A stretch of 64,000 nt of DNA from Thunnus thynnus (Eukaryota): the NCBI RefSeq assembly GCF_963924715.1, contig NC_089527.1:28186551-28250550 (forward strand). Direction: 5' to 3'. Below the pieces are notes generated by a model. The model made no database searches. It was not told the origin of the DNA and saw only the letters and a list, made by a program, of their open reading frames with translations. This document shows, in pieces, positions 12,890-24,305 of the stretch. Made by a program: the position numbers and the translations under genes. Every line of letters begins with the position of its first letter. Position 1 is the stretch's first letter.

Positions 12890-14290
12890 AAACACAGAAC
12901 AAGTAGTATTATACTCAGTGAACACTGGGCAGAATATCAAAGTTTTAATGTGCAAAATCAGGCCTGAGGAGTTGCCTTTGTCATATTAATCCTTCACAAA
13001 ATAATTTAAAAGTAACTGGTGTTTAAGCCATATTAAAGAAGAAAAAATAATACAAAAACAAAAAATATTGAGAAAATGAGAGTAAACATAAATTAAGATA
13101 GCAGCTTCAACATGTCTGTTAAGTAACCAACAAATGTAGCAAACTCCAAGGCTATACACTCTGTATGGCTTGTCCATGCTGAGCAAATAAGCTGAACAAG
13201 TAGTAAGCTATTACATTTGCGGTAAAAGTGTGCACTGCCCATAGTAACAAAAAAGAAAAAAAAATTCATATACAAAAACCAGGCCTGGGGAGCTGCCTTA
13301 ATCACATTATTTTCTAGATTAACCTACGCAAGATAAATTGTAGCCAGCTAGTGGCTAGGCCAGAGAAAAAAAAACTTGAAGGAAGGAGAATAGTAATACA
13401 TGAAAATTAGCAATGAAAATAACCAACAAATGCAGCAAATTCTGTCCAGGCTATACAGACTGTGTGGCTCAGCTGTGCTGAGCAAATCAGCTGAACATGT
13501 TAGTGTTCTATTCGGAGTTAAAGTGAGCACTGGCCAGAATACCAAAACCAAAACTAAAAAATAGGTGAAAGTAAACACAAAATAATAAAAGCAGCTGTAA
13601 TGTGTCCATTAAGTAACCAACCAATTCGGTAAACTCCATCCAGGCTATACAGACTCTGTGGTTCAGCCATGCTGAGAAAGTCAGCTGAACAAGTAGTATT
13701 ATATTCGGAGTAGAGGTGAGCACTGGCCGGAGTAACAAAAGTCTGTAATATACAAAATCAAGCCTGAAGAGCTGCCTTGATCACGTTAGTTTCCAGCTTT
13801 TCCTACATAAAATAATTTGAGGCCAGTTGGTAGTAAAAGCCGAATGAGAAAGGAAAAAATGAAAAAAGGAGAAAAAAATACTAAATTAAGGTAAGCACAA
13901 AATAAAATAGCAGCTATGATATGTCCATTAAGTAACCAGCAAATGCAGCAAACAACATCTAGGTTATACGGACTGTGTGGCTCGACCGAGCTGAGCAAAT
14001 CAGCCGAACAGATAGTGTTCTATTCGGAGTGAAAGTGAGCACTGGTCAGAGTAATGAAAACGTTTTAATATACAAAAACCAGGCCTGAGGAGCTGCTTTA
14101 CTCACATTCATTTCTGGCTTAACCTTCATAAAATAATTTAAAGCCAACTGGTGGCTAAGCCAGACAATAAGAAGAAATAATAAATAAAAGTAAGCACCTA
14201 GTAAGCACATAGTAAGGTAACAGTTCTGATATGTCCATTAAGTAGCCAACAGATGCTCCGACCTCTGTCCAGGCTATACCATGGATGTAT
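12890..14290. repeat. Satellite-like tandem array, ~190-320-bp units x ~5 copies
   Basis: Recurrent unit with conserved blocks 'gtaaccaacaaatg(c/t)agcaaa', 'aggctatacagactgtgtggct', 'gctgagcaaatcagctgaaca', 'ttcggagt.aaagtgagcactggcc', 'caggcctga.gagctgcctt.atcac' at about 13128, 13422, 13611, 13933 and 14235. The minus-strand ORFs across it (12986..13998) are repeat artefacts. Confidence 0.7.
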
Positions 14291-14700
14291 AAAGAGAACC
14301 GGATACAGGGACAGTGCCAGGTTTTAAAGCCAATTTGACATAGTAGCCAAACCTTGTAATCACAACGTTATGTGATGCACACTGGCCCAAAAAGAAAAAG
14401 ACTGTGGTGTAACTGGAGCTCTGCCAAAACTGTCCTGTCCTACCCTTCAGCTGAAGCTGTTCGCTGCGGAGAAGAGCTGCAGATCTACAGAGCTGCAGTC
14501 GGACAGGTTCAGTAATGGCTCTGGTTACAGCGTGATTGAACATTTTAAAGCAAGATTTTACCAGCCGATAACTGTAGGAATAGACAGCTCGAGAGTTAAA
14601 GAGCTACAGGATGACATGCGAAATTACCTCAGGCCCGTTAAAATGTTGTTGCAATGTTTGTCTTCTTGTCATTATTATATGTTGCTGAGCAAATTCTGCT
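14274..14700 (-). repeat. Copy of an interspersed repeat family also present at 48700-49300 on the plus strand
   Basis: The rc of 14274-14345 ('...tacaaggtttggctactatgtcaaattggctttaaaacctggcactgtccctgtatccgg...') matches 49150-49215 ('cacagtttggccactatgtcaaattggcttcaaagcctggcgcccttcctgg'). ORFs 14274..14543(-) and 49063..49248(+) share '(G)YYVKLA(L/S)KPG'. Confidence 0.5.
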
Positions 14701-17290
14701 CTCCTGCCTCACACAGCCACACTCCCCATCCCCTCTCTCAGCCTCGTTTTTAGCATTTTTCAAAATTATGCAGTGGGTGGAGTTACACTCAGACCTGGGG
14801 ATGCAGTTACACTTTAAACAATAAATAAATAAGTGCATAATAAACACATTTCATTGTTTGTGACATTTTGATGGTAATGCTACAGGGCCATGTTAATGGA
14901 ATCCAAATTGGCAGTGTCAAAGATATTAGATATCTGCTAGAGTTAGAATAAATGATGATGATGATGATAGAGATGTTTACTGTATTTCAGTCTGTAATCT
15001 ATATTATAACGTACTGCTCACTTCTTTGCTTCATGGACTAAACTGTAGAGACCGATATAGTGATCCCTGTTTCATAGTACAAAGGCTGAGTAGTTATGAA
15101 ACCACCATTTACCTTCTTGCAACTCCTCTATTTTTTCATTTAATCTATCTATTGTTGGCTGGTCTGCGTAACAGACATATTTTGAATTTGGCCTTAAATG
15201 TTTTTGCAAATCTACACTGTTCTCAAAAAATGCCCTCTGTAGGTTCAAAATAGTCTCTCAAGCCAATGTCTTTCTTCTGAAATATTTGAATATCGCAGAG
15301 ACAATTGGCTATGGAGTAGCACTGAGAAGAGGAAGGGGAAAGACATCCACTGGAATCACTTGGTAGTGCATGGATTTTGCAAAGATCCAGAATCAAGAGT
15401 CAACTCAGAAACATCTTTCTGCATCTGTATTTCTGCTCTCAACAGCTGCTTTGATATTTTTTTTGCAGTGGGACTTGTGTGAGACAAATGCAAGAAAAAA
15501 ATGGCATCTGGTATAGGAGATAAGGACGACAGACAGTTTAGTGGAAAGATTTGGAATGCTATGAGCCAAAACATCTACCTGGACAGACTGGGTTCAAAAT
15601 GAGTGAATCCAGTCATGTCAACTAAGAGCTTTAATCCATGCAATTTACCCATTAAGCACTCCACTCAAACTCTGAAATGCAGGTGATCAGGACTTTCAGG
15701 TTCACTGCACTGCTCTTCTTCTTTTCCTGATGCTCTTCTTTGGAGAGCATCAGGGCTGATCTTGAAGATGCACCTGTAGGTAAAGGAATACAAAATAATA
15801 TGAAATACAAACACTGTTAGATATCAACAAAACATCCACTCAGAATAACATTCCAATTTTATCAATCTCAAATAAAAGATACACAAGGGATGGCAGGGGA
15901 GACAGCTAAGGGCATGTATACTGGTTGCTAGTTTCAATTGAGCACCCTGTTGTTGTACCGCTGCAGTACATGAAGTGTGTGGATGTGTGTGAAAATTGTT
16001 GTTACAAGAGGGCAGCAGAGGGCTCACTTCACTCCTATACCCCTTGTTTGTAGTTCTTCTGGGCTGTTTCTATGCTGAAACCTCCTTGATGTCAACAACT
16101 ATGACAAAAAATAAAATATGACATCCCAGTAAAGTCATTCACTTGCATTGTATACTTGAAAATCTAGCTCACTGTATCCAAGTTGCATAAGGCACCTTTA
16201 AACTAAACCATGAGGCAAAATCAAATTTCCAAATAATCTACAAAGCAGATGAGCAAGACACTACCTTGATTGGAAACTTACTTCATATTTACTAATACTG
16301 ACAAAAAGCCTGCATCTTGCTTTTACAGGTTTGTCCTAGCCAGAGGAATTTTCATCTGATTAAATTAGCAAAATGTTTTGTGCTACCATGTGGGATAGTC
16401 TTGGGGGGTTGATTTTGGCAGAAATTAGTTGAGAAAGTGAGGAACAACGCTGGGTCCCTGCATACGGAACCTTAAATATTTGTGCCAGGTATCTGAGGAA
16501 GTGAAAATGTGCACAAGGAAGTGGAAGGTTTGTCTGCAAGAGATGTCGAGACAGACCCAGCATATGCGCAAGACAGACTGAAACTGTGCACGAACGAGAG
16601 AATGAAATATGGTCTGTGAGAGATTAAAGATTTTTGCTGATGTGCAAACTGCTCTCTAGACACCCAGTAGAGCTGGTATTGCTGATTTCAAAGTACATAC
16701 AACTTACAAGTACATATGCTAAATAAACCTATGCTAAACCTTAAAAGTTCCAGTTTTATCTTATGTCAGTTATAAAAAAAAGATTAAGGATGTCTGATTG
16801 GTCAGACCTGGATTAGTGGGTTTAATGTGACTTTTAAATATCAAAATTTGCAATAAAATTGTCTTCACAGACGAGCACTGTATTACTGAGGATACTGGTA
16901 TTTTGCTGTAATCTTCCAGCATACTGGTCCACCTTGTGGACAGAGTGGCTGCAATTAACCGCTTTGAGTTTTAGTAAGTAGTTTTCCCTCATCTTCTAAA
17001 CTTTTAATCAAACAATATCTATAATCCCATGGTGCAAAAAAGTGGATATTGAGCAACTTGTCATGTCAACATTAATTTTACAGTGATTCAGATTTTAAAT
17101 TGCAATGAATTGTAATTCTATGGTTGTACTGGATGAATTGCTGGTATTTATATGCTGATGTGTGTTTTTAGTTTTGTCTGTAGAATTGTCAGTGTGATAG
17201 AGACTATGTAATGGTGTTGCATGGAAATTAATGTTTTTATTATCTGGAAATTGTTCTGTGTACCTGCCCAGGGACTGCAGATGGAAATTA

Positions 17291-17379
17291 GCTAATAGCT
17301 AAATCTGGCATAAATCATATCTTCTCATTTTGAGATTAATGTTTTTTGTGCATTATTATTATTATTATAATTATTATTA

Positions 17380-17438
<59 letters not shown>

Positions 17439-17622
17439 AATAATAATAATAATAATTATTATTATTATTATTATTATTATATTATATATTATATATGCTA
17501 TATTATAGCATTATTATTATTATTATTATTATTATTAATAATAATAATAATAATAATAATGCACAAAAAACATTAATCTCAAAATGAGAAGATATGATTT
17601 ATGCCAGATTTAGCTATTAGCT
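17291..17622. repeat. Near-perfect ~330-bp palindrome: 62-bp unique inverted arms flanking an (ATT)n/(AAT)n core
   Basis: 17291-17352 'agctaatagctaaatctggcataaatcatatcttctcattttgagattaatgttttttgtgc' is exactly the reverse complement of 17561-17622 'gcacaaaaaacattaatctcaaaatgagaagatatgatttatgccagatttagctattagct'. The interior is (att)n switching to (aat)n around a centre near 17490 ('tgctatattatagca'). Confidence 0.85.
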
Positions 17623-17668
17623 TATTATTATTATTATTATTATTATTAATGATAATAATAATAATAAT

Positions 17669-17731
<63 letters not shown>

Positions 17732-17735
17732 TGGC
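17623..17735. repeat. Second (TTA)n/(ATA)n microsatellite, itself switching strand polarity at 'taatga'
   Basis: 'ttattattattattattattattaatgataataataataat...(aat)n' lies directly 3' of the palindrome. ORFs 17346..17576(+) and 17670..17933(-) (poly-I/N/Y) are translation artefacts of these repeats. Confidence 0.8.
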
Positions 17736-19267
17736 TGAGTAACTAAAGAGCTTATTTTCTATTTCACCATTTATGATATACATATATTTATATATACATT
17801 TATTATATACATATTTGTTCTGTAAGGTTTTGAATAAGGTCAACAATTCTTGATATGTACTAGTGGAGCAGTTACTGAAAAAATAGGGAAAACAATATCT
17901 TCCAGTAACATACTCTTTGTTTGTGATAGACAATTTTATAATAAGTGCCCATAACCTTGTATAACCAAAATGGGGTCAATGGAACCACTCAGATTTCCCT
18001 TTATAATCAGTAATCAGTATAATCTAGAGAGCAGTTCATATATCAGCAGTGGTGATTCGGCACTGATAATATCAACAATAATAATACATAATACATAATA
18101 TTGACGTGAGTCTTCATGCCGACAAGAGACTAGGTAGGGCCATTCTTCCTTAAGGGCCTGTGTGTCGTTACCAAACCCTATGTCATTTCTCTGAGATACG
18201 AAGGTGTCTGAGATTATTATTAGATTTTTTTTTTTTTTTGCATTCCTTTCTTTTTTCTTTGTCATCTGTGCTTCCACATTCATAGACCCACTTTCCTAGT
18301 GAATACACCCATAGGAGTCTCTCCATAGCTTCTTATTTTCTGAAACAGTGCTGTTGTCATTTGGAGTGCTTTTCTGTTGCTTACCCAGCATCTCATTTCC
18401 CTTGTAGTTATCAACTCTGCACTGAAGTTGTTTTGTCAAAGAATCATTGCCACTTGCAATTATGTCTTTGAAAGACTTTGGATATGCTAGGACCATCTCA
18501 CGTGCCACTTCACTTAGGTGCATCTTTGCTGGTTCTTTGCAAATGGCAAGGATTTCAGCTAAAATTATGATTTATTTAAATCATTTCCCTACTTTACCTG
18601 GCTGATGGCTGTTCATGATTGTGATTTCTTCCTCAAAACAGCAGGCTGCATGTTCCAGACTGCTGTATCGCTCTGAGCTGAGAAGACATGTAAAAAGCAC
18701 AGAGACACATTCACTCAAAAAGATCAATGTCATCTTTTATCAGGGATTCATTTTTGCATGTGTAAATACACTACTTTGTGGAAACTGAGGATGGAATACA
18801 TCTATATCACTTCTATTCAAAATACAGGTCCTTTGTGTCAATAATTACAAACAATGCAATCAAAAATACATTCAAATGTTCATTGTAGGCCTATTTGAAG
18901 CTAGTGACTAGCTGACAAATTCTGTCAATCTTAACAGAGCTCAGGCAATCAGTTTGGAAGTGAAATATGTTTTTATTCCAATGACATAGTAACCCAACAA
19001 CATCGTGTCAGATCAGTCTCAATATTAATTAATTCACACAGAAGGATTCACAAATGTATTTAGGGATTTATATATAAATGGCTCTCTCCACAAAAACATT
19101 TTTCAAGGCACTCAAAAATAGTCATTGTTGTATATAAATGTAAAACAAATCATCATATAAAAAAATAAGGTTCACAAATGTATTTCTGATGCACACAAAT
19201 ATTTATTGTTTTAAATAAATGTAGCAGAAATCCAGAAACATATGTATTTAAGAGTATTTGGAGTTTT

Positions 19268-19500
19268 CATGAAAAACATTTGGATGATGTTATATTTATA
19301 TACAAACTGTTGAACCAAACTACTTGTCATGTGTGAATTTAGAATTATCTGTAGCCAATCAGATGTCTCCTTTCTTTTCAGCCAATCATGTAAGTGTATA
19401 TTCAAGTGGAGTCTCAAAGACCCACATACAAATGCAAGTTCACACATGACAAGCAGTTTATTAAGAGCAGGTTCAACAGTTAAATGTAACAACATCCAAA
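19268..19500. mobile_element. Short inverted-repeat (MITE-like) element, ~230 bp
   Basis: 19270-19336 'catttggatgatgttatatttatatacaaactgttgaacc...cttgtcatgtgtgaa' is the reverse complement of 19440-19500 'ttcacacatgacaag...ggttcaacagttaaatgtaacaacatccaaatatg'. Confidence 0.4.
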
Positions 19501-20393
19501 TATGTTTGGATGTTATTTCAATACAGTAAAATTATTTGAAGATTGATTCCACTAACGACTACAAATGACCAGCACCCACCACACCACAGAATCCAACACA
19601 AACTCCAAAGTCAAAGCTAATATTACTGCAAAGCATGTGAAATACATTGTGTCATAGTTTTTTTTTATATGTTTTTTCTTAGTTATTGAACTTGAAAAAA
19701 AGCCAAACAATTTTTAATAGGAAATTACTTTAGATATACTAGGTAGTTTCATAAAATAACTGCTAAATACCCTCAATTTAGATAGATTGGCTTTAGATGT
19801 AGCTATTTTTATGTATTTTTTTGCACATTTATCAACAATAACATACTGTAATTTAATTTAATTTAATTTTTACTGTAAAACATTTACTGTAATTTTGTGG
19901 TACAGTTAATTACTGTAATTTTATGGTATCCATCTTGAAACTTTGCTGCCCGACTTGTTACCTTTTTTTTTTTTTAACAGTGTATGTATGTATGTGTGTA
20001 CTTTGCATATCTCGACAACCGTTCATCTGATGTACTTCACACTTGGCAGGTACATTGCTGGGGATCCAAAAAAGTGCAGTGTCAAATTTGGTGTAATTTG
20101 GACATGCGACATGATCAATATTAATAAACTTTGAATAAACAAGTATCAGCAAGCTGCTCTGCTCTGCAGCAGCATCATGAACACAGGCAGAGATCAGGGC
20201 TGTACAACCCTGCAATGAGAGAGATGAGGGGAGGACATCTCTCTATGTTTAATAATATTAAAACTTAGGCTTTGTTGTCTGCTGCCCATTTTAAAAAAGA
20301 CAAGAAAAAGAGAGAGAAGGTGAGCAAGCTGAGAGCACAAGCAAGTGACAGAGATACAGCGCTAGTGAGGAGAGACAGCAGTGGAAAGCTTTC

Positions 20394-20396
<3 letters not shown>

Positions 20397-20437
<41 letters not shown>
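20397..20437. repeat. (GA)n microsatellite
   Basis: Uninterrupted 'gagagaga...' for about 40 bp. Explains the ORFs 20265..20651(-) and 20272..20538(+) with (LS)n and (RE)n runs. Confidence 0.95.
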
Positions 20438-20440
<3 letters not shown>

Positions 20441-20566
20441 AGTTCATTTCTCTCCAAATTACTATACAAGAGAAGGAGACAGCATATCTTGCTGCCCAAT
20501 ATGTATCAACATGCAATAGCTTGAGGGACAGTGAATGACCTAGACACACACAGTACAAGCATGCAT

Positions 20567-20589
20567 TCACACACACACACACACACACA
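20567..20589. repeat. (CA)n microsatellite
   Basis: 'cacacacacacacacacacacaa'. Confidence 0.9.
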
Positions 20590-23500
20590 AACATACATAG
20601 GATATACTGCATATATATAATTATTATATATATTAACATTGTTCTCAACATTCATGCCAAAAAAGCCCATTGAATTAAAAAGAGAGAGAAAGAGAGAGAA
20701 AGAGTCACCTTCATGTCACCTTTTAGTATCAGCTCAGCTCGAGAAAAGTTCTTTTCACACAGTGTGTTCTAAAAGGAGAAAAGTAGACATTGAAAACAGA
20801 GCTTTTAATCAAGAACGGATAGACTCTTAGGCTACTTCCCATGGGCAGTTCAAAACCACTGTGTCTCATATAAGCATAAATCTTTTGAGCAATTATATAC
20901 CCACTCAAATGATCCAAACTGAAGCTACAGAAAATAAATGATCTAAGAGCCCAATGTGATCGATCCACCTTAATTTAGGATGCACATTTATTTCAAAAGC
21001 TCTCTGTTATATATTTTATTTTTAAATGCAGCCCTCATTATACTTGAAATGAGAAAAGAAAAGTTGGGAAGAATGCATTGGCGCAAAGGATTGATTAACA
21101 ATGGTAATCTGAGGTCTCCCACATAAAAGAATACAGAGTTACAACCAACCAGGCTGATGTGTGTTTAGATGTGTGTGTTATTTTACAGTAGCCTGGTGTC
21201 ATTTGCATGAGATTTAAGGTAAACACAGGAGGCTGTAGCCCCATGAAGAATTTACATGATGTTTGGCATATAAACTCCTGTATTAGTTGCTTCATTCGGC
21301 TGCCGTTTTTCATATTCTCTGGTTGATCTGGTCCAATAGCATCCCCAGTCACTATAACGACCTTCTCTGCACTGATAAGATAAGATAGGATATGCCATAA
21401 TGTTCCCTTTGGGAAACTTGTTTTGGACACTGTCCTGCAGTTCCGCAGAAAACAAAATATTGGAATCACCTGCTTGAGTTCATGTTGTCACATGAGATGT
21501 ATTTAGTAAGTAAGGTATGCCATACTGTCAATTTGTTCACCATAAAACAACCTTGTCCAATGAACCAGAAACTAGTGAAAATGACAAAGTGGAGGCAGGC
21601 AGAGAAAGAGAGGTACAATAGCCGGGGGAACACATCTGCTTAATGGAGTGTTTAATTAAAATAGTTTATTTACATTTAAATAGTTTATTAACATTATTCT
21701 GTTATTGCCGCACATCTGCTCTAAGTAGGATGTTAGGGAGGTGACACTGCACCAGAAACAGATGTGGTTCTGAATTGTCTATTTTCAACACAATGTCTAA
21801 TACCCAATTACCTCCAAAATACCAACAACTAGCATTGCGCTGTTCTAACTGAATGACCCTCCCACATTGTTGCACCTCTCCTCCCACCTGTGCACCTGCA
21901 CTCAGCACCAAAATATCACACAGGTGCGCAAAGTGAATTTCAAGGTCAGGAAAATATCAAACAGTTATAGCGCTGCTTGCACTGGTCATTGCACTCCAAC
22001 ATCTGATCACATCTACATGTTTCTGCATCTTTCTTTCCCACACAGCAGCATGACACCTTTGCCGAAATAAAACAAGCCCCACTTCACTATAACAGCAAAT
22101 CAAAACAATGGGGCATGCAACGAGATACTCATATGTTTAAAAAGGAAAACATAGCAGGGTTCAGGAAACAATTGCAGTTTGGTTTGCTACTATCAAATCA
22201 AGACAAAAAGGATGTTTGAAATTTTTATGTTACAAAACTGAGGTTGACAAAACTTTCAGTCAACATGTACGAGAAGGGGCCCTCATTTATTATTAATCAA
22301 TGTCTACACAATCGATCTTGCTGTTATTTCCATATAACTGTATGATGCTTGCAGTTCAAAATACTGTAGAACACGTCTCATCTTTGCATTCTCTTTTTGC
22401 CTCACCAGCTCTGTCAATATCATGACTAATACCCTTAAATCTCCTTAATCTCCTAGGAGTGACACAAGTAACAGCTTTCTTAACATTAATTGGTTATGTT
22501 AACAGTTTCAAAAGTGCTTTAGTATTTATCTGCCTTGCACACCAAGCCTTAATTTTTAAGTTTGCTTTTTTTTTTAATCTTAAACACAGTGTAAAGCATT
22601 TTTTATTATTTGTGAAAACTAGCAGTTTCAAAAACAATGCAGCTGTCAAACAGTGATTATTCTCTCACTTCTGAGGAGGAAAAGCAAATTCTCACATTTT
22701 CCTTGCCACTAAACTTGATTCATAAATACGTTGTTTACAACTTTTTAGCCTTTTTTCCGATAAAAAAAAACAAATAAAGAATTTGAGTATGTTCTGACAC
22801 AATTTATCACAGATGGAAAATAATGTGTAAACATAATGGACTAAATATGTCCAGATGTCTTTCTTTAAGGCCCAAGATTTGATGGGTTGATGAAGTCTCA
22901 TTTTAAAAAGGCATTATTTTTAGTATCCTTTTGCAAAAGAGACATATGGTTTACAGCAGGGGCAGAGTGGGAATAAAGCCCACCAAAACCCACACAACAT
23001 GGCTAATGCCACACTTTTACATTGTATAACAATTGCATTTACAATTATATTGTGTAACAGATTTGATTTCTTAAAAGCAACTATGACATTTTGTAGAAAT
23101 ATACATAAATAGAATCTCCTGTTCAATGTTATACAATAATAACGATAATGTATTTATTTGTGTTATAATTTTTATGTACTCTTGGTCAGATCTGATTCTA
23201 TGGTGAGTTCAAAACTGTATTTGTGAAGTTGTGAGGTGGACAAAATATCAGAAACACCTTTCCATATAATACAGTCAACTAACAACTAAAATAGTATGAA
23301 CAAAAACTAAACATGAATGAGTAAGGTAACTGGTATTTACTGCAGTTGTATTTGCATTGTATTACACTGTACAGATATGAGTGGTTTTCATGTTCCACTC
23401 TCATACATTAACTACAAGTACAAACATTTGAATTCAAACTGAACAGTAAAGCAATAAATACAGCATCATGCTAATATAATTCATCAGAGTGACTTGGCAT

Positions 23501-23727
23501 TGAACCCTTCTGTAATGAAGCAGGAGGTCTGTCTGGGGGAAAGATGTAAGGGAGATGACAGCAACCCAGAGCCACTCAGTCAGTCCGGTCAGTCCACTTG
23601 ACTGGGCCAGTCACTATCACAGCACTCTCTCTCCATTTATTTCATTGCATTGGCCCAGTTTATGTAATGGCCCACTATGAAATCTCTCAGTACTCCAGAT
23701 GGCCATTCTGCCTTGGGCTTATAGCTT

Positions 23728-24305
23728 TTTGGTAACATTTCATTTTACAGGTCTTCAAATTTCATGGTAATTTCATAGAAAGTAGGTGATAATTAGCAAG
23801 TAATTTCCAACTAATTTCTTTGAAATTACCAGCTAATTTCATGGTAATTTTATGGAAAATAGGTGATAATTAGGAAGTAATTTCCAACTAGTTTCTGCCT
23901 AACTTCTGCAGGCCAGTAAATTGAAGTATATTTTTTAACCATTTACATTCTCACCAATTTCTGTATATTTTCAGCAGATCAGTCCAACTTTGTAACAAAT
24001 TTCATTAATGTCGTTTTTTTTATCGTAAGCCACCATCTCTCAATGTATTGTGTATGAGACCCTGTCTGTGCATGCACAAAGTGTTGCCTATGGTTGACTT
24101 GATAATGGATGTAACCATCTTGTGACAGTCTTTGATGCACTCTCCAACAATCTGTGATAAAAAACAAAACTAATAAAGACAAACTACTGAAAACTAAACT
24201 GAAGCTAAACTAAATTGGACATGAAATTCAAAAAATAGTATAGAAATAACAATTAGGCTAATTGAAAAGAGAAAAGTAAAATAACCTGTGTGTGTGTGTT
24301 TTAAT
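23728..24305. repeat. Arm L of a large inverted duplication (partner arm at 26385-28690)
   Basis: The rc of 23730-24000 matches 28395-28690 (e.g. 'aaatttgttacaaagttggactgatctgctg' and 'tagttggaaattacttg.taattatcacctactttctatgaaat.accatgaaatttg'). The rc of 24190-24300 matches 26388-26520 ('caattagcctaattgttatttctatactatttttgaatttcatgt'). Confidence 0.8.
23979..24182 (-). pseudogene. ISL2EU-type (IS4EU/ISL2EU superfamily) transposase C-terminal fragment
   Basis: ORF '...RLSQDGYIHYQVNHRQHFVHAQTGSHTQYIERWWLTIKK' carries the ISL2EU-like C-terminal 'HxxVNH...FV...TG.HT..IE..W' signature. A mirror copy lies in the other arm. Confidence 0.5.

Noticed and set aside
12890-14290. Could the regularly spaced tandem repeats here, and at 61600-62140, be a CRISPR array?
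   Set aside because: This is eukaryotic (teleost-like) DNA. The units are 125-320 bp, variable in length and internally degenerate, with no short identical direct repeats separated by unique spacers. They are satellite or minisatellite arrays.
17346-17933. ORFs 17346..17576(+) and 17670..17933(-) encoding poly-Ile/Asn/Tyr proteins
   Set aside because: They are pure translation of (ATT)n/(AAT)n/(ATA)n microsatellites.
18296-18700. Minus-strand ORF 'AEILAICKEPAKMHLSEVAREMVLAYPKSFKDIIASGNDSLTKQ...' as a possible hAT-transposase C-terminal dimerisation domain
   Set aside because: It resembles the hAT 'L.KLAR..L.IPA.S...ER.FS.AG' pattern only loosely and lacks the conserved ERxFS core. There are no flanking TIRs or 8-bp TSD that I could identify. 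It is too weak to call.
20265-20830. ORFs with (LS)n, (RE)n and Cys/Val runs (20265..20651 -, 20272..20538 +, 20639..20830 +)
   Set aside because: They arise from (GA)n and (CA)n microsatellites and flanking low-complexity sequence.
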